From the IMG/VR virus record IMGVR_UViG_2703718817_000003: a stretch of 64,000 nucleotides of DNA. The stretch is one strand, 5' to 3'. The translations under genes and the position numbers were made by a program. The notes beneath the pieces were generated by a model, which searched no databases, was not told where the DNA came from, and saw nothing but the letters and a program-made list of their open reading frames with translations. This document shows, piece after piece, positions 38,709-47,890 of the stretch; within the stretch, counting starts at the first letter, position 1, and the number at the start of each line of letters is the position of its first letter. This DNA is from a virus. Taxonomy: Duplodnaviria > Heunggongvirae > Uroviricota > Caudoviricetes.

Positions 38709-39316
38709 GCAGAACTCCTTCTAACCAAAAGAACGCCATCTTCAGAAACAATGTTGCAGGACTTCAGGTAATTCATTGCTACTTTCGGTAATGGATTCTT
38801 TGGATCGGCGTTTGCCAGGGATTTCGATAACCTCATGATAAATTTGATCATTACCTTCTGACGGAGCTTGTGCTCATGAGATGCAGACAGGTAATAGGAA
38901 ATGGTATGGGCTAAACGCTCACGAAGCTGTTCTGTGCCGTGATATACAGCAGCGATATCACGCAGTGCATTGACCAGTTCCCGGTAAATATGCGGAGCAA
39001 CCTGGCATTCAATGTTGGTTGGTGACTCATAAATTACATTCAGCCCCAGCTTTTGAGCCAGCTCGTGCTCTGCACGAGCGCCAACTGATTCCTCCCACCC
39101 CTTGAGCAAATAGACCGCATTAGCCGAACGCACCATTGCAAGGCAAATATCCATGTATTCGCTCTCGCAGAGGCCAGCAGGTAACAGCGCCGGATTCAGA
39201 ACAATATGCCCTACCTCCATCAGCTCTTTTGCTTTCGAAAAAAACGCTGTGCGGTTGTAGTCGGGATAACCAGTCATCGGCCCTGCGATGTAAATTTTCA
39301 TAATGCGTTTTGACAT
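38705..39316 (-). CDS. DUF4406-like (nucleoside 2-deoxyribosyltransferase-like fold) protein
   Basis: Start placed at ATG 39316 (MSKRIMKIYIAGPMTGYPDYNR...), overlapping the upstream small ORF stop. Confidence 0.5.
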   Translation of the reverse strand: MSKRIMKIYIAGPMTGYPDYNRTAFFSKAKELMEVGHIVLNPALLPAGLCESEYMDICLAMVRSANAVYLLKGWEESVGARAEHELAQKLGLNVIYESPTNIECQVAPHIYRELVNALRDIAAVYHGTEQLRERLAHTISYYLSASHEHKLRQKVMIKFIMRLSKSLANADPKNPLPKVAMNYLKSCNIVSEDGVLLVRRSSA

Positions 39317-39471
39317 CAAAGTTTCCCCAGGAACGTTACGCAAAAGTTGATGAGAGCAAAGAGTTCAATGCCCAGCTCAAACAACGCCAGGACAGTGAAA
39401 AACAGGGCATATAGCAACCCAATTTCTGTACCGGATTGCTGGTGGATTGCACTTATTGCGACAAGCATCAT
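39316..39471 (-). CDS. small hydrophobic protein (51 aa), first gene downstream of the 39512 operator
   Basis: Not in ORF track (<60 aa). ATG 39471 preceded by AGGAGG; product MMLVAISAIHQQSGTEIGLLYALFFTVLALFELGIELFALINFCVTFLGKL; TGATG coupling to next gene. Confidence 0.35.
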   Translation of the reverse strand: MMLVAISAIHQQSGTEIGLLYALFFTVLALFELGIELFALINFCVTFLGKL

Positions 39472-39511
39472 GACCTCCTGATATAGCGTCTGAAAAAAGT
39501 ATCTTCATTTT

Positions 39512-39543
39512 GTGTTAGAAAATCAATTTTGATTTTCTAACAC
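39512..39543. promoter_or_regulatory. Near-perfect operator palindrome GTGTTAGAAAATCAA-TT-TTGATTTTCTAACAC in a divergent promoter region
   Basis: Best-formed copy of the recurring motif, between the minus-strand operon head and the Ref-like gene. Confidence 0.55.
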
Positions 39544-39587
39544 GTTTGATCAACCATAGCGGCGATGTAGACAAACCGGGTATTTCT

Positions 39588-40163
39588 ATGAAGCAAAGCT
39601 ATTGGGAGAAACAGACACAAAAAGCCCTGCAAAAACTGGCTGATCCGAAATGGCGGGAGGAACAAAGGGCAAAGCGTCTTCAGCAAGCTCAACGCCTGCA
39701 GCAGCGTGCGCGAGAAAAAGCCGCATCGCCTGAATATCGGCAAAAGAAAATTGAAAAAGCGAAGCAATATGAACAGCGAAGAAAAGAGAAGGCCGCTTCT
39801 GCTCCTGTCAAAAAAACTCGCGCGTCACGCGGCCTGAAAGGCAGAACACTCACAGCAGATGAGCGCCGGATACAAACTGCCATCGGTGCTCTCCCCTGCA
39901 TTGCCTGCCATATGCACGGACAGCATAGCCCTGTGGTATCCCTGCACCACATCTTCGGAAGAACAGCAGAGAACGCGCATAAATACGTCCTCCCTTTGTG
40001 TAAATGGCACCATCAACACGCAGCGCCAGCAGAGATCCGCGAGCAATACCCCTGGTTGGTTCCTGTTCATGCTGATGGAAAAATAGGCGGCAAAGCAGAT
40101 TTCAGGCGGCACAATGCTGATGAAATGACGTTGTATCAGATGGTGACTGAATTAATAAATTAA
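39588..40163 (+). CDS. ref: Ref-like HNH endonuclease (basic disordered N-terminus plus HNH/His-Me finger)
   Basis: K/R/Q-rich N-terminal ~75 aa; C-terminal CIACHMHGQHSPVVSLHHIFGR...LPLCKWHHQH HNH-type motif; alternative TTG start at 39546. Confidence 0.55.
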   Translation: MKQSYWEKQTQKALQKLADPKWREEQRAKRLQQAQRLQQRAREKAASPEYRQKKIEKAKQYEQRRKEKAASAPVKKTRASRGLKGRTLTADERRIQTAIGALPCIACHMHGQHSPVVSLHHIFGRTAENAHKYVLPLCKWHHQHAAPAEIREQYPWLVPVHADGKIGGKADFRRHNADEMTLYQMVTELIN

Positions 40164-40174
40164 TTTTCTAACAT
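40160..40174. promoter_or_regulatory. Operator-like motif TTAATTTTCTAACAT overlapping the ref stop
   Basis: Recurring motif family. Confidence 0.4.
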
Positions 40175-40494
40175 TTTAAGTTGAATTGTGAGATCCGCCG
40201 TTGTACATTCACAACCGATTGGTACACCGGTCAACTTTTTGAGACAAACCGTTTGGTTTTTCGTATGATTGCCGCCGCCATACCAATGGCGGTGCAATAT
40301 AGGTGGCTGAAAAGCCCCCGTTGACTCACGGTGTTCCAACCTTTATTGCGCCGCCACCAGACCGTGGAACAGTCGATGGCGGCTCCGAAAGCAAGGAGTC
40401 ACTACACTATGAACAGCTACTGTCTTTTCCCATCACTCGTTATCCGCCACTCACGCGATAATCTGCATTCTTTACTCGCGCTGGGGGTGTCAAA

Positions 40495-40662
40495 ATGACC
40501 GTTCGCTATCTCAACTTTCAAATCCAGAACATCACTGGCGGTTGCTATGACTGGTTTGTCACTCTCGGAAAAGAAGTGATCACCGGAAAGCTGGATGAAG
40601 TGAAAGCTAAAGCAATGGCCTACGCCTGCAAGCAAGCCCAAAAGAAGAAAAGAAAAGCATAA
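40495..40662 (+). CDS. small basic protein (55 aa), hypothetical
   Basis: Not in ORF track; MTVRYLNFQIQNITGGCYDWFVTLGKEVITGKLDEVKAKAMAYACKQAQKKKRKA; followed by a terminator. Confidence 0.3.
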   Translation: MTVRYLNFQIQNITGGCYDWFVTLGKEVITGKLDEVKAKAMAYACKQAQKKKRKA

Positions 40663-40763
40663 TAAAACACACAGTTGCGCCCTGGCATTATCGTGGGGTA
40701 TATTTCTACGGCACCTTAGAAAAACGGGTGCCGGGATTGGAACCCCGGATAATGTCAAAGGCG

Positions 40764-40796
40764 ACACAGACGCCGAAAGCGTCTTTTTTTGTGTCA
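40764..40796 (+). terminator. Rho-independent terminator
   Basis: GACACAGACGC-CGAAA-GCGTCTTTTTTTGTGTC. Confidence 0.6.
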
Positions 40797-40975
40797 TGCC
40801 ATCGCGCAGCCATACGTAGCGTTTAGCTCAGAGATCAATGGTAGTGCTGGCTGGGCTGCCGAAAGGCAGGCCGGTTCCCTTTGACGCCGGTAGTTCCAAC
40901 CCAGTCAGTGCTACCGCCATTGAGATTGGAACCTCACGCGGTAGCTCCTTAACTTAGTCAAAGGAGGCTGCCAAT

Positions 40976-41191
40976 ATGGCTACTATCCCCACCCCAACTC
41001 ATTCTGAATTTATCTGGCGTTTCTATTCCTGCCAAAAACACCTCTATATCTGCGTCATGGCTGCTACCGAAGCAGAAGCGCGCTCATACCTTCCCGAAGA
41101 ACCCTGCATTTTTGCTGCTCGCTTCACTCTTGATGCGATGGAGATCCTCAATTACTGGAATCTGCCGATGAACTGCGTGGAGGTGCACTGA
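40976..41191 (+). CDS. hypothetical small protein
   Basis: 71 aa ORF with AAAGGAGG Shine-Dalgarno; coupled to the next gene. Confidence 0.45.
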   Translation: MATIPTPTHSEFIWRFYSCQKHLYICVMAATEAEARSYLPEEPCIFAARFTLDAMEILNYWNLPMNCVEVH

Positions 41192-42132
41192 TGAATCTGT
41201 CCATCTCTCAAAAAGCGACAATGACCAGTATTGAAATCGCGGAACTGGTAGGTAAGCGTCATGATAATGTGAAGCGTACCATTGAAGTATTAACTAAAGG
41301 TGGTGTCATTCAATTTCCTCAAATTGAGGAAATTGAAAATAAACAATCAGTTGGCCCTCGTCGATTTTCCAAGGCTTACATCTTTGAAGGCGAACAAGGC
41401 AAGCGTGACAGTATCATTGTCGTTGCGCAGCTCTCTCCGGAATTCACCGCCCGGCTGGTGGACCGCTGGCGCGAACTGGAGAATGCCAGGGGACCGTTAA
41501 AATCAAAAGCCGAAATCCTGGCTGAAATGGCGCAAATGCATCTTGAGCATGAACGCCGGATCAACGCTGTTAATGCCCAGGTAGCCGAAGTATCGGCACA
41601 AGTGTCCAAAGTCGCTGAAACCGTCGAGCAGATCAAGAAAGGCAACATACCAGAAGGTTACATTGGCTATCGCCAGTTAGCGGCGAAATGCGGCCTGACT
41701 GAAGCCAAATGCCGCAACCTGGTCAACGCTTACCGGATCCCCACAGATACGCATGAGTTTTTGACTCCCGACGGTTTGCTTGCGCGACGCTCAATTGTGG
41801 CCCTGGCCCCCTTCCGGAAAGCCTTTAAGCAGGTGATGTCGGAGGCAGAACCACGTAACAAACGCTGGTATCATCCCAGGATGGGGCTATTTCAGGCCAT
41901 TCACCATCCTGTGCCTGAAAGTCCAAAGGCAAACCTGTCGTTGCATACCGCCAGAGAGAAGATTAAAACAGGGTATGCAACCGTATGCCGTCGAGCATCC
42001 TGGCCTGAAAGTGTCTGGGTATGGCCCGAAAGAGGCTCACGGAAAAACTGGCGCACCATTCGCGACGGCAAGATCTGTGCGATTGATTTACAGCCAGAAG
42101 ATGTAGCAGCGACCGACTGGATTGTTAGTTAA
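41191..42132 (+). CDS. Rha-family phage regulatory protein (antirepressor-like) fused to a C-terminal DUF2829-like domain
   Basis: 313 aa; N-terminal TSIEIAELVGKRHDNVKRTIEVL matches the Rha signature; central coiled coil; C-terminal ...VCRRASWPESVWVWPE...ATDWIVS. Confidence 0.6.
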   Translation: MNLSISQKATMTSIEIAELVGKRHDNVKRTIEVLTKGGVIQFPQIEEIENKQSVGPRRFSKAYIFEGEQGKRDSIIVVAQLSPEFTARLVDRWRELENARGPLKSKAEILAEMAQMHLEHERRINAVNAQVAEVSAQVSKVAETVEQIKKGNIPEGYIGYRQLAAKCGLTEAKCRNLVNAYRIPTDTHEFLTPDGLLARRSIVALAPFRKAFKQVMSEAEPRNKRWYHPRMGLFQAIHHPVPESPKANLSLHTAREKIKTGYATVCRRASWPESVWVWPERGSRKNWRTIRDGKICAIDLQPEDVAATDWIVS

Positions 42133-42170
42133 TAGATTTGCCCCGGTCATGCCGGGGCTTTAACTACTAA

Positions 42171-42509
42171 GTGACCGGACACAGCAAAATGTATGCCACG
42201 AAAAAAATTGATTTCACTTATTCTTCCGCCACAATTGAGCGGCGCTTCACCCTCATTAGAGAGTTGGAACTGTCAAAAGTCTGGTATCAAATTCTACTGG
42301 ATGAAGAGTTCTCACTGATGATAATGGCTGAAAAAGAAGCAATGCCGAATGACCGGCATAAAGTCATTGCCAGCCTTGACCTGGTGACAAACAGATACTG
42401 GGAGACAGAGGAACTGCGTGAAGCGGGAGTAATTCGTGACCTGATGGAGAGTTCCGTTCCCCGCCGCTATCGTGCGGGAAACGAAATCTCCGTGATTAAA
42501 GGGGCTTAA
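42171..42509 (+). CDS. hypothetical protein
   Basis: 112 aa ORF. Confidence 0.4.
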   Translation: MTGHSKMYATKKIDFTYSSATIERRFTLIRELELSKVWYQILLDEEFSLMIMAEKEAMPNDRHKVIASLDLVTNRYWETEELREAGVIRDLMESSVPRRYRAGNEISVIKGA

Positions 42510-42898
42510 AGCTCACCAGCACGCTGTTTTTCAAGCGTAGATTTAACATTGGGCGCTTTCCCTTTAAAAGAATGGAAAGTGCCACATTTTTCTGTTTTAA
42601 CCTCGCGCAGAGCTTCGCCATCGGCATTCTGCCATTGATGAGATAACGTCATATCACCACGAGAAGGAACATCCAGCGAGTACAACGTGTAAGTTCCCCC
42701 CATCTCGGCATACTCCTGGAACACATAGCTCATTACGTCAGATTCAGTTTTCCGGTGCGCGTTATCGACCTTATTCCCATTCAGAAATATGGCGTTCGGA
42801 TAGATTTTTATATCAAACCTACCGCACTTCACTTGTAAATTCCCGGCATGAGCGATCAAAGGGAAAGCTGCCAATAAAGCAATAGCTAATCTTTTCAA
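42506..42898 (-). CDS. secreted protein (signal peptide), hypothetical
   Basis: 130 aa; MKRLAIALLAAFPLIAHA signal peptide. Confidence 0.45.
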   Translation of the reverse strand: MKRLAIALLAAFPLIAHAGNLQVKCGRFDIKIYPNAIFLNGNKVDNAHRKTESDVMSYVFQEYAEMGGTYTLYSLDVPSRGDMTLSHQWQNADGEALREVKTEKCGTFHSFKGKAPNVKSTLEKQRAGEL

Positions 42899-42918
42899 TT
42901 CTGCCTCCGCTGCGTAAC

Positions 42919-43539
42919 TTATTGCCCGTATTGTTTACACCATTGCTCTGCCATTTGTGGGGCTAAAGGCCCAGCCACTGCGCTGTATTCTGCTGTTTTG
43001 CTTTGCACGCATGAGGCAGATGGTTTTTTATTGCGCTGTTCCTTGAGTTGTTTTTCATAGGCAACGATGGCATCGAAACCAGCTACATCTTCCTCCCTCA
43101 TGAACCCTTTCTTGATCAGAAACTGCTGACCTTCCGGCACCAATGCTAGAGCATACAACGGCTGCAACAGCTCCCCCAATCCTTCCCGGCTATAAACTTG
43201 AAACTGCATCCAGCTTTTACTTAACGCTGTCATAGTGTCTTTGGTGGAATAGCCAGCCTTGCGTATAGCCTTGTCTAATCGATCTGCTGAATACGCAAAC
43301 AAACAGAAATCGCCCTTTCCTGTAAACCCCGGTTCAACCGGTTGCAACGTGATATTTTCTTTTTCGCAAAAGTCTATAAATTCATCAGGTCTATCGGTTT
43401 TATAGTCCCGCAATACCTTCAGTCCAGCCTCATACTTTGCAGGTAACGCGCCTGCATAGGCAGCATTAAGAGAAACTCCCCCCAATATAACCGCGAGCAC
43501 TGCTCCCAAAACCCTTAACTTCACAAAACCATCCTTCAT
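42919..43539 (-). CDS. secreted protein (signal peptide), hypothetical
   Basis: Start placed at ATG 43539 (MKDGFVKLRVLGAVLAVILGGVSLNAAYA...). Confidence 0.45.
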   Translation of the reverse strand: MKDGFVKLRVLGAVLAVILGGVSLNAAYAGALPAKYEAGLKVLRDYKTDRPDEFIDFCEKENITLQPVEPGFTGKGDFCLFAYSADRLDKAIRKAGYSTKDTMTALSKSWMQFQVYSREGLGELLQPLYALALVPEGQQFLIKKGFMREEDVAGFDAIVAYEKQLKEQRNKKPSASCVQSKTAEYSAVAGPLAPQMAEQWCKQYGQ

Positions 43540-43804
43540 GTAAAAAAACTGAAGTTTTATGTTACAAAAGCAAACATGTACGCCAAAATGACCTAGGCCA
43601 AATTCAGCGCGAATAAAAAATTCAAAAAAATTGTTGACACTATTCTGGAAATCACAATCTGGACAAAATCCATTACGCAAACGGCTCCCGTTGAAGGTTC
43701 TTTTGACGACTAACTTTCAGCCGATGCGCGGTAGGGAGTCATAACGCCAAAGCAGGCCGCCATGTGCGGCCTTTTTTTGTGCCTGCTATCGTGGAGTAAA
43801 AGCC

Positions 43805-44458
43805 ATGCAAAAGATCGCAATATTCAGCCTTTCTACTAACAAGCCGCTGATGGCTACAGCAGTCCTGAAAGACGGCGCGCTTGTAATTGACAAAGTAAAG
43901 CCCCTCCCTGCATCTGCAATTGAGCAAAAACGAAAAATTCCACCAGCAATTGCCGAGCTGCGTAAAAGTGAATTTAAGGTGCTGGTTGACGAAATCACGC
44001 CAACCATTTCAGCCGGTACAGGGGCCAGTCAGGTAACATTAAAAACACGGCACGCCGACGGCAGAGCGGCGATCATTGTCGGCATGGAGAGATACCGAGA
44101 GCTGAAACTACAAAGACTGCTATCCCTGCCTGACAAGAACAAAGGGGCATTCGAGATCCCCGACTCTATCGTCGATACCGAATACAACGGCAACGGTGAA
44201 GAGGTTTATCGAGTTAACTGGCAAGATATCCGACCAGAGCACATCCTGATGATTCTGTGCTGCTATGCAACGGTATACCACAATGTTGCCAGCGCGGATT
44301 ACCTGAAACAAATGACAGGAGCGGTAGAGAAAGAAAACAAAGCAGGGATAATGGCCTCGTTCCTGTCAATTATCAGCGATCAAAAAGCTAAAGCAGGAAA
44401 TACCCAACCAAAATCGCTGGCCGGGCAAGTAATTGATGAAGATACGGTGATACTTTAA
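43805..44458 (+). CDS. hypothetical protein
   Basis: 217 aa ORF preceded by a hairpin terminator-like element. Confidence 0.5.
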   Translation: MQKIAIFSLSTNKPLMATAVLKDGALVIDKVKPLPASAIEQKRKIPPAIAELRKSEFKVLVDEITPTISAGTGASQVTLKTRHADGRAAIIVGMERYRELKLQRLLSLPDKNKGAFEIPDSIVDTEYNGNGEEVYRVNWQDIRPEHILMILCCYATVYHNVASADYLKQMTGAVEKENKAGIMASFLSIISDQKAKAGNTQPKSLAGQVIDEDTVIL

Positions 44459-44794
44459 TCAACTCAGTAGCTTTGTTAACTCCCTTAATACAAGGTAGAA
44501 GAGTAACAAAAACACTGACGTGGATACCTGCTGAGTTAAAGAAGCACTAATGAATTTATTCAATAAATCAATCAGCTTATTAAAAATATTCATCTTTTCG
44601 AATCCATTCGATCGGTAAATAACACCCAGCTCACTATCGAGCTGGTCCATGCCTTAAGATTAATGAAAGTCACTTGTTGACAGTCAATAAATTCCAGGGC
44701 GGCGAAAAAACTCTGTCTATACGGATAGTGCTTGCATTTTGCTCTTTCTGCGTGTAGCGTATATACACAGGTTACACGCACGAATGGAATTATT

Positions 44795-45076
44795 TTGATT
44801 AAGTCATTTCGCCATAAAGGGCTTGAACGCTTTTTCAAGACAGGTTCAACCGCAGGCATTCAGGCCAAACATGCGGTTAAGCTACGCATTCAATTGACTG
44901 CGCTTAATACAGCTAAACGCCCGGACGATATGTCTGCGCCTGGATGGGAATTGCACCCTCTAAAGGGGGCGGACCTTAAAGGTCACTGGGCAATATCGGT
45001 AAACGGTAACTGGCGACTTACCTTCCGATTTGAAGGAGAAGACGCAATTCTAGTTGACTATCAGGATTATCATTGA
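44795..45076 (+). CDS. higB: HigB-like (RelE/ParE superfamily) toxin
   Basis: [39 protein letters not shown]...[41 protein letters not shown] matches the plasmid-killer HigB pattern; start uncertain (TTG 44795 or upstream ATG 44732). Confidence 0.7.
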   Translation: MIKSFRHKGLERFFKTGSTAGIQAKHAVKLRIQLTALNTAKRPDDMSAPGWELHPLKGADLKGHWAISVNGNWRLTFRFEGEDAILVDYQDYH

Positions 45077-45084
45077 GGAACACT

Positions 45085-45366
45085 ATGAGTCGTATGCATA
45101 ATCCCGCGCATCCAGGCGCGGTTCTTCGTGAATATTTGGGAGACATGTCAGTCACAGACGCCGCTGCTGCATTAGGCATTACTCGCACGGCGCTTTCCCG
45201 AATTCTGAACGAAAAAGCAGGTATTTCTGCTGATATGGCACTTCGTCTGGAGTCCGCTCTTGGAACCAGTGCCGAAATGTGGACCGGTATGCAATCCCAG
45301 TATGAGCTTTGGGTTGCTTCGCAAACCACTCGCCCAAACATCCGTCCATTATTTTTCCACGCATAA
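45085..45366 (+). CDS. higA: HigA-like HTH antitoxin
   Basis: [66 protein letters not shown] matches the HigA antidote pattern; toxin-first order typical of higBA. Confidence 0.7.
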   Translation: MSRMHNPAHPGAVLREYLGDMSVTDAAAALGITRTALSRILNEKAGISADMALRLESALGTSAEMWTGMQSQYELWVASQTTRPNIRPLFFHA

Positions 45367-45458
45367 TTTCACAGCGTCACCAAGCCAGGTGGCGCTGCTT
45401 TCTCGCATTTCACACCCTGCATACAGTTCCCCCCAGGTTATGACTGTGAGGAACTGTT

Positions 45459-45788
45459 ATGAGTTACAGCAGGCTCGACGATCGATGCATTGAAGACGAT
45501 GTGCTGCGCGCACTATTCCATCAGGAGATGATCAAGCGGGTATCGGAGTATCACTCCGATAATTTCCAGTACACGATAAAAATTGATGAGGTTTATCGCT
45601 CAGACCTGGCGGCCTATCGCGCCTATGGCAACGCTGATTTGCGCTGGGTATTTCGCGTGCTGGTGGGCCATGAGTCAGAAATGGAAGAAATGCCGGTCGG
45701 GACAACGTTAACTCTTCCTGACGCAGCATGGCTAAGAAACAAGATTCGCGATTACGCTGGCTCGGCACCGGAGATAGAAAATGCCTGA
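45459..45788 (+). CDS. hypothetical protein
   Basis: 109 aa ORF overlapping the next gene by 8 nt. Confidence 0.45.
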   Translation: MSYSRLDDRCIEDDVLRALFHQEMIKRVSEYHSDNFQYTIKIDEVYRSDLAAYRAYGNADLRWVFRVLVGHESEMEEMPVGTTLTLPDAAWLRNKIRDYAGSAPEIENA

Positions 45789-46986
45789 CTTCCTGAAAAA
45801 TCAGGACGGGCGATATATCACTGACGGCCTGTCCTCTAAGGATTTCACACGCGTATTTGAACTCATCAGGAAAGAGCAAAACCGCAAACGCCGCCAGGCG
45901 CACAGGACACTCACGCCGGGCAGGCTTAGGAATAAATCAGCCGAAGACATTCTTAAGCTGGGGAAAAAGAAAGGCGGCACGTTCTTTACGCGTGACGATC
46001 TGAAAGGCTTCGAAAAGCTGCGAAGCAAAGCTCGCGAAAAATACGACAGCAAGACGGCTGGCATTACATACGCACAACTGGTAGCGTCCAGCCAGGCTAT
46101 CGATATTAAGCGAGCAAATAACGCCGTAGACGACGGTTCTGGTATCAAAAGAGCTACGCCCGTATCTCTTCGTCACAATGTGATTAATATCCGCGTGGAA
46201 GCGTCCGATATATCCGTTCACCAGCACCACATTGTCCGGGTACGTTTTGAAGAATGGGATCAGATGGTCGATGACATCGCAGAAGACGATAAATCAGCCC
46301 TGAAAGTCACAAAATCACTGTGTGCCGGGCGAGTGTCTTTCGATTGTGACTGCGGTCGCCATCAATACTGGTATCGCTACATCGCCACTGCGGGTAACTT
46401 TGCCCTGGCCCCGCCAAAAGAATACGCCTATCCAAAAGTTCGCAACCCTAAGCTGCAAGGCGTCGCCTGTAAACATGTGATCCACTCAATGACACGACTA
46501 CAGTCTGCCAGTTGGCAGATGAGTATTGCTCGCGCCCTGCAAAAAGCTGCAACGCAAGTTGCCTTTGGTGACGATCGCCGCCGCACGACAAAACACTTCA
46601 CAAAAGAAGACGAGAAGGCGTTCAATCGAAACCGTAGCAGCAAAACGAATGTTGAGGCAGCTAAACGTGAATGGAAGCTCTATCAGAAACGCCAGGCCGC
46701 TTTAAGCTCAAAACTGGCAAAGGACAACGGTAAGATCGACAAGCTGCGCGACCAACTGACCAGGGCCAGAAAGTTATCCGACGCACAGAAAAAACGGGCA
46801 GCGGCAAAAGAAGCTGCTTTGCAACGGGAGAAGCAGAAAAACAAGGAACTTCAGCAACGCCTTGCTGATCAGTTCGCACTGAAGAAGCAGGCGTTCATTG
46901 ATGCGCTTGTTATGGCAGGAACACCACCAGCACAAGCCGAAAAGATGTTCATGGCGTATGTGAAGAACAACGTAAAAAATGTATAA
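45781..46986 (+). CDS. SWIM zinc-finger-like protein with basic coiled-coil C-terminus
   Basis: 401 aa; CDCGRHQYWYRY...CKHVIH fits the CxCxnCxH SWIM pattern; K/R/Q-rich coiled coil at the C-terminus. Confidence 0.5.
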   Translation: MPDFLKNQDGRYITDGLSSKDFTRVFELIRKEQNRKRRQAHRTLTPGRLRNKSAEDILKLGKKKGGTFFTRDDLKGFEKLRSKAREKYDSKTAGITYAQLVASSQAIDIKRANNAVDDGSGIKRATPVSLRHNVINIRVEASDISVHQHHIVRVRFEEWDQMVDDIAEDDKSALKVTKSLCAGRVSFDCDCGRHQYWYRYIATAGNFALAPPKEYAYPKVRNPKLQGVACKHVIHSMTRLQSASWQMSIARALQKAATQVAFGDDRRRTTKHFTKEDEKAFNRNRSSKTNVEAAKREWKLYQKRQAALSSKLAKDNGKIDKLRDQLTRARKLSDAQKKRAAAKEAALQREKQKNKELQQRLADQFALKKQAFIDALVMAGTPPAQAEKMFMAYVKNNVKNV

Positions 46987-47187
46987 GTGTTTGCAAGGAC
47001 ATGAATAGTACACTATTATGATGGTGAAGGAATGGTACATGTTGAACCAAACCTTCGAGGATGCAGCAGACTGAAGAAATTCAGACATCCCGCAACCAGC
47101 TATCATAACAGGTCAAACCAGTTGTGATACTTGGTCAAGGCAAAGTCCGGTAATGGCGTTCTGAATACCAGAAAATAATTTCTGGCG

Positions 47188-47217
47188 AAGCCCACCTTAA
47201 GGTGGGCTTTGTTATTT
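47188..47217. terminator. Bidirectional Rho-independent terminator
   Basis: AAGCCCACC-TTAA-GGTGGGCTT with T-rich tracts on both sides, between convergent genes. Confidence 0.6.
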
Positions 47218-47751
47218 TGGTGGCTTAGGAAGCGGTTTGTTCCTTAACAGATTGTATGCGATTGCGAAAAACTTCACTGACCTGCCATTTGGTTTTTCTG
47301 ATACCGGGTAGGCGCTAGTGATGTGTAACCGCAACTTTTTCTTTTCCCTGAAAGCCTTAAACGCAACAAAATAATACTCCTTGTTACCCTCCCCAATATT
47401 TACCTCAATAACGGCATAGCTTCCGTATCCGGCATGGATCACCTTACCTTCCGACAATGACAGAATTGCCTCTTTTAAGTGAAGTTTGGCAAGATTATAG
47501 CGACGCTCACAAAATGGACGAGACTCTTTAGGGGCGTGGTACATTAACGCCAGTTTCTCTTCCTCAGTCTGGTGTGCATAGTCTTTTGTGAAGCAGTGAA
47601 AAGAGTACGTAACCCAAAAGCGATACTCTATCGGTTGCTTTCCTTCTTGTTGCTGAACAAACACAGCCTGATGAGCATCAAGAAATGACAAATCACGAAT
47701 AACACCATCAGGGTGTTCAAATGCTCGCCACTTTTCAACTTCCTGACTCAC
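47212..47751 (-). CDS. hypothetical protein
   Basis: 179 aa ORF. Confidence 0.45.
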   Translation of the reverse strand: MSQEVEKWRAFEHPDGVIRDLSFLDAHQAVFVQQQEGKQPIEYRFWVTYSFHCFTKDYAHQTEEEKLALMYHAPKESRPFCERRYNLAKLHLKEAILSLSEGKVIHAGYGSYAVIEVNIGEGNKEYYFVAFKAFREKKKLRLHITSAYPVSEKPNGRSVKFFAIAYNLLRNKPLPKPPK

Positions 47752-47890
47752 TGTCTCTCCTTAAATTTCAACCGAGCAATGATACCGCACCTCTGATAGT
47801 TTTCGCCTCCCCAATCTACATAAATCTCCTGTCAGCAAACAAATCACAATCTCCCGAAAATCTTCCTTTCGATACCTGATAAATCGACCT

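Noticed and set aside
40417-40797. 126 aa minus-strand ORF
   Set aside because: Overlaps the plus-strand small ORF, the hairpin region and the terminator; no start signal; the region is more plausibly RNA or regulatory.
43752-43778. Possible terminator GGCCGCCATGTGCGGCC plus T run
   Set aside because: Hairpin and T tract are present, but no plus-strand gene ends nearby; left as uncertain rather than called.
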